64,000 nt of DNA, from positions 991 through 64,990 of the forward strand of contig JBJXHC010000075.1 in NCBI GenBank assembly GCA_046160825.1, read 5' to 3'. This stretch comes from Bacteroidota bacterium (lineage in GTDB: Bacteria > Bacteroidota > Ignavibacteria > UBA10030 > UBA6906). The notes under the pieces are model-generated. The model was given only the letters and a program-made list of their open reading frames with translations, was not told the DNA's origin and did not search any database. Both the position numbers and the translations under genes were made by a program. Of this stretch, positions 27,179-35,678 are shown one piece after another (within the stretch, counting starts at the first letter, position 1; each line of letters begins with the position of its first letter).

Positions 27179-28993
27179 ATGTCCAATCCCCTGAAAGTCA
27201 GGACAATGTCTCAGGTTGACATAACAGATAAAATAGGTTTTGCTCTTCTCAAGAAGGGCATCATTGACTACGAGACGCTGGAAAAGTCTCTCAAGGTCAA
27301 GGATGGCGAAGGGAAGAAGAACCGGCGTAATCTTGGCCAGATACTGGTCAACGATTTCAACGCAGACCACGACTCCGTTTTCAAGGAGGTGGCCAGTCTC
27401 TACGCGTTTCGCGAGATATATCTCCCCGACGAGAATATTGACAAGCCACGGATAGAATTCATTCGGAAATTCATTGATGCTCTTCCTGAAAGCGCGCGGG
27501 CATTGCTTGTGCAGGCAAAAATATTGCCTCTCAGGTTCGACGAGAAACAACCCGACAAGCTGGTGATCATCGCGGCAGACCCAACTGACCGTCGGATTCC
27601 ACTTATCACACGTAACTTTGCCGCCAAGAAACACGAGGTGGCCTATTGTCGTTTGAAGGAACTTCAGAATCTTCTGGAACAGGTTATTCCGCCGGAAAAC
27701 GAGTTCCTGAGATTGCTTGAAGATTCCAATGTTGGCCTGGAGGTGAAGGAAGATGAATCAACCGTTGACGAAGATGCGCTGGAAGCGGAAATCAGCAAGA
27801 GCGCGCTGGTCAATCTCGTTGAAGGTGCTCTCGTCGAAGCTGTTCGCCAGGGGGCGAGTGACATTCATATCATTGCGAAAGAGGGAAAGCGTACGGAGTT
27901 CTGGTTCCGCACCGACGGTAACCTGAAACTCTGGCACATTCAGGAAAACACGCTTCCTGAGGCCGTGGCCGCCGTGGTGAAAGACAGGACGAAGAACGTT
28001 GATCGCTTCGAGCGTGACATGTCGCAGGATGGATTCATCCAACGCATGATCGACGATACGATGATTCGTTTCCGTGTCTCAATCATGCCGATCGTTGGTA
28101 TTGAGTTCAAACACAAGTTTGAGAGCATCGTCATTCGTGTTCTTGATGATCGGAAAGTTATCACGGATCTCGACAAGCTTGGACTCCAGGGTCCGGCAAA
28201 GGATTTCTTTAATAAAGCGATCGCCAAGCCGCAGGGGATTGTGATTCTTACCGGTCCCACTGGAAGCGGCAAGAGCACGACACTCGTTGCAGCATTGCAT
28301 CAGGTTATTGACCCGACCGTAAACGTACTCACTGTTGAGGAACCTGTGGAGTATATCATCCGTGGGGCCCGGCAGCTCAAGATCGGTCCTAAGATGAATT
28401 TTGACCAGGCAATTCGCGGTATTCTTCGTCACGACCCCGACATAGTGCTCGTTGGTGAGATGCGCGATAAGGCCACGGCGGAAATCGCCATCAAGCTTGC
28501 GAATACAGGACACCTGACGTTTTCCACGCTGCACACGAACGATGCGCCCAGTGCCGTCTCCCGTCTTTACAAGATGGGGATCGAGCCGTTCCTGATTGCC
28601 TATGCTATTAACATCATTGTGGCGCAACGGCTCATCAGGACGCTTTGCAAAGTGTGCAAACGCGCGATCGACAAAAAGGAAATCGATCGTGAAGTATATT
28701 TGAAGTTTGGTTTTACTGAACAAGATCTTGATGAACGAACGATTTACGAAGCATTGGGATGCGACAAATGCAGCGGCGGATATAAAGGCCGGGCAGCCAT
28801 TCATGAAGCGCTCTACTTCACTCGTGAAATCCGGGCAATGATTGTCAAGTCCGGTGAGGAAGTTGATGAGGAAAAAATACGCAACCAGGGAGTCAAAGAT
28901 GGCATGTGGACACTCCGCCGTGCCGGCATTGAACGCATCAAGGATGGCGTAACGACATTGGAAGAAATCGCGTCTGCGACGACCGATGACTAG
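27179..28993 (+). CDS. pilB: Type IV pilus assembly ATPase PilB (paralog 2) with MshEN-like N-terminus
   Basis: KIGFALLKKGII..RNLGQILV; ASDIH; GPTGSGKSTT; RHDPDIVLVGEMRD; HTND; CKVC..CDKC; start 27179 or 27206. Confidence 0.9.
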   Translation: MSNPLKVRTMSQVDITDKIGFALLKKGIIDYETLEKSLKVKDGEGKKNRRNLGQILVNDFNADHDSVFKEVASLYAFREIYLPDENIDKPRIEFIRKFIDALPESARALLVQAKILPLRFDEKQPDKLVIIAADPTDRRIPLITRNFAAKKHEVAYCRLKELQNLLEQVIPPENEFLRLLEDSNVGLEVKEDESTVDEDALEAEISKSALVNLVEGALVEAVRQGASDIHIIAKEGKRTEFWFRTDGNLKLWHIQENTLPEAVAAVVKDRTKNVDRFERDMSQDGFIQRMIDDTMIRFRVSIMPIVGIEFKHKFESIVIRVLDDRKVITDLDKLGLQGPAKDFFNKAIAKPQGIVILTGPTGSGKSTTLVAALHQVIDPTVNVLTVEEPVEYIIRGARQLKIGPKMNFDQAIRGILRHDPDIVLVGEMRDKATAEIAIKLANTGHLTFSTLHTNDAPSAVSRLYKMGIEPFLIAYAINIIVAQRLIRTLCKVCKRAIDKKEIDREVYLKFGFTEQDLDERTIYEALGCDKCSGGYKGRAAIHEALYFTREIRAMIVKSGEEVDEEKIRNQGVKDGMWTLRRAGIERIKDGVTTLEEIASATTDD

Positions 28994-29014
28994 ACGAAAC
29001 GAGATACCGATACT

Positions 29015-30247
29015 ATGATTGAAACAGCGATACGAACACTGAGAGAAATTGCTGCATCGATTCCGGAAACATCTCCGGGCATGGAGCGACAGATGCTGAT
29101 CGGCGATCTTGTTGCCAAGCAGTCGCCCGCGGAACGCACCGCGTTGCGAAAGCTGATGGATAGCTATCTCCTTCGCATGTCCAAGATTAACGCGTCGGAT
29201 ATCGACCTTGGCGGTTACGGCTGCTCGGGGAGTATTTGGTACCGTGTGTACGGTGACAAGAAACCGAGCACCGACCTCGGCAAGTTCAGCATAGATGAAT
29301 TCAATGTTCTCATTCAAAGCATCCTGATTGAACGGCAGCGATTGTTCCTGTTTGAAAACCGCAACCTGGACTTCTCCTACAGTATTCTCCAGGACGAGAT
29401 AATGTACCGGTTCCGTGCGGATGCATATTTCGATCTCGATCAACTGGCGATGAATATGCGTGCCATCAATGCGAACGTGCGTCCGTACAAGGGTTTGGAC
29501 CTTCATCCGAACGTGACCAAGATGTTGAGCCTTGGTTACTCTTCACAAGGGTTGACACTGATTACCGGGATCACCGGTTCGGGCAAGAGTAGCACGCTCG
29601 ACAGTATTATCGACGCCAACAACCACACGGTGGATGCGCATGTGGTGGTCATTGCCTCGCCCATCGAATATGTACACAAATCGGATCGTTGCATCATCCG
29701 TCATCGTGAGGTTGGCCGGGATGTATTGTCTTTCAAGGAGGGTGCGATTCAATCCCTCCGTCAGGATCCGGACATTGTGGTCATTGGGGAAATGCGCGAT
29801 CCGGATACAATTATGACCGCGCTGGAAATCACGGATAGCGGTCACAAAGTATTTTCGACGCTTCACACGGGATCAGCGGTGGAAACAATCGACCGTATCA
29901 TTGGGGAAGTTCCTCCCATTGAACAGGAGCGTGTGCGGTTGAGACTTGCCGATACTGTCACGTGTGTTATGTCGCAGAAACTGGTGCCAAGCCTCGACGG
30001 CAAGCTCGCCCTTGCCAAGGAAGTGATGGTCGCGACCCCGTCTGTACGAGCGGCAATCAAGAATAATAACACAGGCGAAATCTATCAGATGATGGCAGAG
30101 TCCAGCGAGCAGGGAATGATCACACTGGAACAGGATTTGAAACGGCTTTATACGCAAAAACAAGTGTCTCTCGAGAATGCTCTTGTTGCGGCAAATAACA
30201 AGAGAAGATTCCAACAGATTATGAATCTCAACGCGGTTGGAGACTGA
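29015..30247 (+). CDS. pilT: Type IV pilus retraction ATPase PilT/PilU
   Basis: GITGSGKSST, REVGRD, LRQDPDIVVIGEMRD, GHKVFSTLHT, AIRNLIRE-like SVRAAIKN, GMITLEQDL. Confidence 0.88.
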   Translation: MIETAIRTLREIAASIPETSPGMERQMLIGDLVAKQSPAERTALRKLMDSYLLRMSKINASDIDLGGYGCSGSIWYRVYGDKKPSTDLGKFSIDEFNVLIQSILIERQRLFLFENRNLDFSYSILQDEIMYRFRADAYFDLDQLAMNMRAINANVRPYKGLDLHPNVTKMLSLGYSSQGLTLITGITGSGKSSTLDSIIDANNHTVDAHVVVIASPIEYVHKSDRCIIRHREVGRDVLSFKEGAIQSLRQDPDIVVIGEMRDPDTIMTALEITDSGHKVFSTLHTGSAVETIDRIIGEVPPIEQERVRLRLADTVTCVMSQKLVPSLDGKLALAKEVMVATPSVRAAIKNNNTGEIYQMMAESSEQGMITLEQDLKRLYTQKQVSLENALVAANNKRRFQQIMNLNAVGD

Positions 30248-30302
30248 AAATCGGAGAGCAGCCATTGATACTTACTTATCACAAACAAGACAGGATTCCC
30301 CT

Positions 30303-31868
30303 ATGGCTTCTATGAAAGGACGTGGTAAAACGGTCCTTGGCATCTTCGTAGATGGATTGGATGTCAAGCTTGCACACCTCACGGTGAAAGACAAGCGGGT
30401 GACAGTCCATGAACTCAAGTCCGGCACACTCGTCTCCAAAATGGAAGAGCGCAAGACTGTGGAAGTCGGCGCTCAGGTTTTTGCAGGCGAAGCGGACGCA
30501 TTTAGTCTTCCCGCGAACTCAGGGCCGGACGTAACAATGGATGGCCAGTCCGAGGACAACAACGCTGTCCTTCTCGGGTTGCTCGCGCCGTATCCGTCAA
30601 CGAAGTACTCCTTGACGTATAGCATCGCCGAGCCTGCGATCTACTATCACCTTTTTGAGAGCGATTTCGGCTTGCGTGGAAAGAAGCTCAAGCAACGGGT
30701 GCTGAATGAACTTCGGAACGTCCGGGCATTCCAACCATCCGCAGACGCAGTGGATTCCATCCTCACCGACGAGGGGAACCTGCTTACTGTTGTTCGTGAA
30801 GATGGATTGAGTCTTATCAACTCGCTGGAGAATATCAAAGGGTTCATTGGCAATCGTCTGCCGCATATTCCAGCGATCGACAGTGCCGATATTTCTCTCA
30901 TGAACATTGTGCGGATGAACTATGAACTTCAACCGCAGGAAGTCTCGGTCATTGTCTATGTCGGCGTGGAATTTACGCGTCTGATTTTCATGCGCGGCAC
31001 GCAATTCTACCAATTCGCCCCGATCATTGGCGAAGGATATGACTCTCCCAACTTGCAGAATACCGTCTATAGCAGGCTGTTGTTGGAGCAGGACAATCTC
31101 GCGATCCCGCGCATCAGCAAGATCATTCTTGCCGGCGAATCGCGCCGGATAGGATTTAAGGACTTCCTGGCGCAGCAACTGCCGGATCAGGAAATCGACT
31201 ATCTGCTTGCCCCTCAACTCGACACGAGCCCGCTTCCGCCGGAACAGCAGGAAGCGTTATCGGAGTTTGCGATCCCGATCGGCGCCGCATGGCGAGCGCT
31301 CGATCCGTCGAGTGACACGTTCTATCAAATCAACCTTCTTCCGTCCATTATCCGGGAAGGTCAACGTGTATTCAAACTCTCGTGGCACGGTTACCTCTTG
31401 ATGGCGACCCTGTTCTTTTCAACCCTCTTCTTCACACTCTCTGTCGGTGAGAAGCGTCAGGATATTGTGGCTCACCAGGAAACGCTCCGGCTGAAGGAAA
31501 GCCAGCTTGCGGAGAACAAGACGATGATGACATCCATTGAGGGGTTGCAGGCTGAACTTGCAAAATATCAAACATCGCTTGCCTTGTATGACTCGCTTGT
31601 ACCGGGAAGTGAACGGTGGAGCAAGGTGTTCACGCAGCTCTCACATGGCGTGGAAGATTTGAACTCCATTTGGATTACGGATTTTTCATCGAAAGAAAAA
31701 GGGGTGCTCTCCCTCAACGGGTTTACTGTCTATCGTACCCGTATCCCGCGCATGGCGTCGTTGTTCGACAATGCCGTGTTGAAGGAAGTAAACGTTCAGA
31801 AGATTCGTGAGCAGGAAGTCTATCGCTACAGTATCGAGGTTCCGGTGCAGCAGCCGGTCGCCAGGTAA
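30303..31868 (+). CDS. PilM-PilN fusion (alignment complex)
   Basis: Actin-like N-terminal region (IILAGE), internal INLLP motif, TM helix, coiled coil, C-terminal PilN-type IWITDF..LSLNG domain. Confidence 0.7.
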   Translation: MASMKGRGKTVLGIFVDGLDVKLAHLTVKDKRVTVHELKSGTLVSKMEERKTVEVGAQVFAGEADAFSLPANSGPDVTMDGQSEDNNAVLLGLLAPYPSTKYSLTYSIAEPAIYYHLFESDFGLRGKKLKQRVLNELRNVRAFQPSADAVDSILTDEGNLLTVVREDGLSLINSLENIKGFIGNRLPHIPAIDSADISLMNIVRMNYELQPQEVSVIVYVGVEFTRLIFMRGTQFYQFAPIIGEGYDSPNLQNTVYSRLLLEQDNLAIPRISKIILAGESRRIGFKDFLAQQLPDQEIDYLLAPQLDTSPLPPEQQEALSEFAIPIGAAWRALDPSSDTFYQINLLPSIIREGQRVFKLSWHGYLLMATLFFSTLFFTLSVGEKRQDIVAHQETLRLKESQLAENKTMMTSIEGLQAELAKYQTSLALYDSLVPGSERWSKVFTQLSHGVEDLNSIWITDFSSKEKGVLSLNGFTVYRTRIPRMASLFDNAVLKEVNVQKIREQEVYRYSIEVPVQQPVAR

Positions 31869-31903
31869 TCATGAGTGCATTGTCATAAGAAGGAGACACA
31901 GCC

Positions 31904-32812
31904 GTGTCATATACAATACGAAACAGCGTTATCCTCGGAGTTCTGGTGCTTATGATTTTGAGCATCGGAACGTACATCCGGGCATTTAACCTCCCGAAAC
32001 AGGAAGAGGCCATCGAGTTGCAGATCAAGCAAATTGATGAAGAATTGCAAAACACGCCCAATCTGGTCAATCAATTTAATGACCTGAGCACGACACTTGC
32101 AGATACCAAACAACGTTGGGATGGACGCAACAAAGACATTCCCCCGGTGGATGTCACTGCCCAAACGTATGCGTACTTCAGCCGGCTGATCGATTTGAGC
32201 GGCAAGGTGAAGTTGGACATGATATACACGGGGGCTCAACAAAAAGGGAACTATGGCTACAATACGTACAGCCTGAAGGGTGAAGCTCCATTTGAGAGCT
32301 TCTACAAATTTGTCTGGTTTCTTGAAAACGGTCGGAAACTTTACAAAGTACCTTCGATGAACATGCGCGGTCTCGAGATCGTGGCAACCGATGAACATGA
32401 GGGCGAGATCCTCGTGACATTCGAAGCGGATGTTCAAGCCTATTTCTCCTCCGTGGCGGAATTGTCGAACTCAGTGGGCGAGCGGTCGATCACTCCGAAC
32501 TATCTCGGTACGGATCCGTTTTCTCCCGTCATTGCCAGCGGTATTGCTCCCAATCTTCGTTCCCTCGTTGAGATTGAGCGCTCGGATCTCAAGGCGGTTA
32601 TCCCGGGTAAGGCTTTTGTCCTCGACCAGGATAATACGATACGGACGTTGGAAGCGGGCGATGAGGTGTATCTTGGCTACATCACCAGAGTGGTGCCGGA
32701 AGAGGGTCGTATTGAGGCAACACTGAACAAAGGTGGCATCATTGAAAAAGTGGAATTGAAAATACGATATGGTCCCATAACGACTACTATTACTCCAAAC
32801 GTCCAAAAATAA
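31904..32812 (+). CDS. PilO-like protein with C-terminal PilP-like domain
   Basis: TM helix, coiled coil, ferredoxin-like core (FYKFVWFLEN), then DPF motif and beta-sandwich (AFVLD..TLEAGDEVYLGYITRV); GTG start after AAGGAG. Confidence 0.65.
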   Translation: MSYTIRNSVILGVLVLMILSIGTYIRAFNLPKQEEAIELQIKQIDEELQNTPNLVNQFNDLSTTLADTKQRWDGRNKDIPPVDVTAQTYAYFSRLIDLSGKVKLDMIYTGAQQKGNYGYNTYSLKGEAPFESFYKFVWFLENGRKLYKVPSMNMRGLEIVATDEHEGEILVTFEADVQAYFSSVAELSNSVGERSITPNYLGTDPFSPVIASGIAPNLRSLVEIERSDLKAVIPGKAFVLDQDNTIRTLEAGDEVYLGYITRVVPEEGRIEATLNKGGIIEKVELKIRYGPITTTITPNVQK

Positions 32813-32826
32813 GTGTAGAGGAAACC

Positions 32827-34053
32827 ATGAAAACAATATGCAATATTTTCGTCGTCCTTCTGGTGTTCGTGATCACCGTGCCGGCGATCGGACAGGTAAG
32901 TCCATCGGAACGTAAGGTGTTCAATGAGTACACTTCTGCCGACGAGCTTGTATCCATTTCCCCGTCCACGCCGATGGACAGGGCATTGATGGCAATTGGC
33001 GAAGTGAGCAAGAGATTCATCAACAAGATTATTGTGGATACGGAGAGGCGCTCAATGCCGATCAATATTGATATTCAGGCGATGCCGTGGCGCGATGCTC
33101 TGGAAGCCATTTGCCGGAAGAACGGCATTTGGTACGCAGAGTATGAAAGCTATCTGCAGCTGACCGGCGGCACAACCGGAACAGAGGCCACAGCAGTCAA
33201 AGGCAAGGTTGAAGGAATCCAAAAGGAGTCTGCAACATTCCGGAGCCGGGAAATAAAGATCACGGCGGTGTTCTTTGAGGTGAACCTGACGAAACTGGAT
33301 GAAGTCGGCATCAATTGGAACTTCATGAAAAGCACAAACGATGTGGCGGTCGCATCGACCTTTGGAGGAGCTGACAGGGTCTCCAGCGAGATTTTCGAGA
33401 CCGACATTACACCAAAAGTCAGCTTTGCCAATATCAACCTGGTCGCGAGGATGTTCTCGAACTACGACCTGGGTGAAGTCCTCTCAGGCCCGCAGTTGAT
33501 TGTACGTTCCGGTGAAGAAGGCCGTATCCAGGTTGGCCAGGATTTCTCAATCAAGGAAAGAGACTTTGCGGGAAATCTCATTGACAAATTCTATAGCGCC
33601 GGTACTATCATCAATGTCAAGCCGCAGGTGATTAACGAACAGGGCGTCAACTTTGTTCACCTCGATGTGGATGTCGAAAGAAGTTCGGTTGTTCCCGGCG
33701 CTGTCAGCACGATCATCAACAAGACCAAGGCGAACACCAACCTCCTTCTTCTCGATGGCGAAGAGACAATTATTGGCGGTCTGTACAATAACGAGGCAAG
33801 CACTGTTCGGACGGGTGTTCCATTTCTGAAGGACCTGCCGTGGTACGTGTTTGGGTTGCGCTATCTGTTCGGATACAATCGTGAAGAAATAAAGAAGAAG
33901 GAACTCATTATCCTGCTGAAGGCTGAACTTCTTCCAACCCTTCAGGAGCGCATTACTCAGAAGAAAGAGGACAAGTATTTCGAGCGATGGCTGGAAGAAC
34001 GGAATGCCGAAGAACAGCGGGTCCGGCCCGAGCCCAATAATTCCAATCGTTGA
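32827..34053 (+). CDS. pilQ: Secretin PilQ (short form)
   Basis: Signal peptide; N0-like PWRDALEAI; secretin core GINW, GEEGRIQVG, DGEETIIGGL, GVPFLKDLP..LRYLF, ELIILL. Confidence 0.85.
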   Translation: MKTICNIFVVLLVFVITVPAIGQVSPSERKVFNEYTSADELVSISPSTPMDRALMAIGEVSKRFINKIIVDTERRSMPINIDIQAMPWRDALEAICRKNGIWYAEYESYLQLTGGTTGTEATAVKGKVEGIQKESATFRSREIKITAVFFEVNLTKLDEVGINWNFMKSTNDVAVASTFGGADRVSSEIFETDITPKVSFANINLVARMFSNYDLGEVLSGPQLIVRSGEEGRIQVGQDFSIKERDFAGNLIDKFYSAGTIINVKPQVINEQGVNFVHLDVDVERSSVVPGAVSTIINKTKANTNLLLLDGEETIIGGLYNNEASTVRTGVPFLKDLPWYVFGLRYLFGYNREEIKKKELIILLKAELLPTLQERITQKKEDKYFERWLEERNAEEQRVRPEPNNSNR

Positions 34054-34091
34054 AAATTATAACGCGTGTCCACACAACCAGGGATGAGCTT

Positions 34092-35531
34092 ATGAAAATG
34101 AACGTTATACTCACAGTGCTCGTGGCTGCAATGCTCTTCGGAGCATGTAAAGACGACCAGGGGCCGACACAGGGCGAGGGGCAGGTTAGCGGCATCATTA
34201 CCGATGCATCGACCGGAAGTCCTCTTTTGCAGGTCAACGTCCAGGCGCAAACAGTCTCACTGGGCTCACAGACAATGTTGACGGATGAAAATGGATCGTA
34301 CAGATTCCTGTTTGAACTGGACAGTGCTATCTCCGTAACATTAACTCTGACGAAATCCGGATATCGTGACACCTCGATTGCTGTGACGATTCAACCGGGT
34401 GTATCATATCCTCTCAGTGTATTGATGACTCCGCGGTCAGTGATCGTCGGAGGTACAGGTGGAGGAACAGGACTTGCGCAAACAATAACGTTTCTCGGGT
34501 CGAATCCGACAGAGATTTCCGTCTATGGGGTTGGAGGACACGAAACTTCCATCTTGAGTTTTGAGGTACGCGATTCGCTCGGGCTGCCGATCGACGCTGC
34601 CCATGCTGTAATACTCACGTTCACCCCTCTTGGCGGGCCCGGCGGTGGCGAGTATGTTTCTCCACAGACGGCGGTCACCAATGCTGTCGGTCGCGCATAT
34701 ACGACTTTTAACAGCGGCATAAGATCAGGTGTGGTTCAGATGCTCGTTACAACGACAGTCGGAGGAAGAACAATCAGCACCAGTCCGATCCGGCTTATTA
34801 TCAACGCGGGCTTTCCTGACCAGACGCATTTTACCGTTGCACCAGAGCAGTTCAATTTCCCAACTCTTGGAATTGCCGGTCAGCGGAATGCCATCTCAGT
34901 TATCGTCGGTGATGTCTATAGCAACCCTGTAGAGTCGGGAACTGCAGTGTATTATCGCACCAGTGCCGGCGTGATTCAGGCAAGTGTCTTTACCAGCGCG
35001 GATGGTGAAGGTTCGGCAGATCTCATCAGCGGTAACCCGGTTCCATTCGGAACACATGCAGCACAGCCGCATGGTGATGGATACCACTACGTCGTTGCTC
35101 GTACTATCGGAGAGAACGGTGCCCCTGTGCAGGATAGCGTACTTATCTTGTGGAGTGGACACTCGCAAATTTCACAGATTACACCCGGGACGTTCGACAT
35201 ACCGAATGAGGGATTCGAGAATATTACGTTCGTCGTCTCTGATGCTCTTGGCCATCCGCTCGGTAGTGGAACAACGATCAGAGTGGAGGCATCAGTTCCT
35301 CCTCCACCTGATCCCAATGCGGAAGTCAACCAGGTACAACTGGCCTTCGGCCAGGCCGGCCTCGTCGTGTTGGATGATTTTCTCTTCGCCGGTCCGGGGA
35401 GCACAGAATTTGGTTTCCGCCTCAGCGACGGATCGTTTACAGTGGATCAGGCAACAGCGGTTTCGGTTTCTATCAGTGTCACAGGGCCTAATGGGTCGGC
35501 GTATGTGACTATAAACGGACTAGTACACTAG
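34092..35531 (+). CDS. Lipoprotein with carboxypeptidase-regulatory-like and bacterial Ig-like (Big_1) domains
   Basis: Lipobox FGA-C; VSGIITDA..TDENGSY; VRDSLGLP..TNAVGRA; GDVYSNPVESGTAV; SDALGHPL repeats. Confidence 0.7.
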   Translation: MKMNVILTVLVAAMLFGACKDDQGPTQGEGQVSGIITDASTGSPLLQVNVQAQTVSLGSQTMLTDENGSYRFLFELDSAISVTLTLTKSGYRDTSIAVTIQPGVSYPLSVLMTPRSVIVGGTGGGTGLAQTITFLGSNPTEISVYGVGGHETSILSFEVRDSLGLPIDAAHAVILTFTPLGGPGGGEYVSPQTAVTNAVGRAYTTFNSGIRSGVVQMLVTTTVGGRTISTSPIRLIINAGFPDQTHFTVAPEQFNFPTLGIAGQRNAISVIVGDVYSNPVESGTAVYYRTSAGVIQASVFTSADGEGSADLISGNPVPFGTHAAQPHGDGYHYVVARTIGENGAPVQDSVLILWSGHSQISQITPGTFDIPNEGFENITFVVSDALGHPLGSGTTIRVEASVPPPPDPNAEVNQVQLAFGQAGLVVLDDFLFAGPGSTEFGFRLSDGSFTVDQATAVSVSISVTGPNGSAYVTINGLVH

Positions 35532-35557
35532 TCCACGATTCAGTTTACTTGTTCAAG

Positions 35558-35590
35558 AGGGAGCCTTCTCGGTTTGGAGGCTCCTTTTTT
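35558..35590 (+). terminator. Rho-independent terminator ending the pilus operon
   Basis: GGGAGCCTTC..GGAGGCTCC stem followed by a T-run. Confidence 0.75.
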
Positions 35591-35678
35591 GTTTGTTGAC
35601 GACGCACGCAATTGCTTTTCGTTCCCTATTGAAGTAGGTTTCAATCCCATTCTTTTATTATTCAGAAGACAATCTCGG

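Noticed and set aside
28079-29506. 475-aa minus-strand ORF (and similar long antisense ORFs, e.g. 11511-12290, 42109-42900)
   Set aside because: Antisense shadows of well-supported genes with no recognisable motifs
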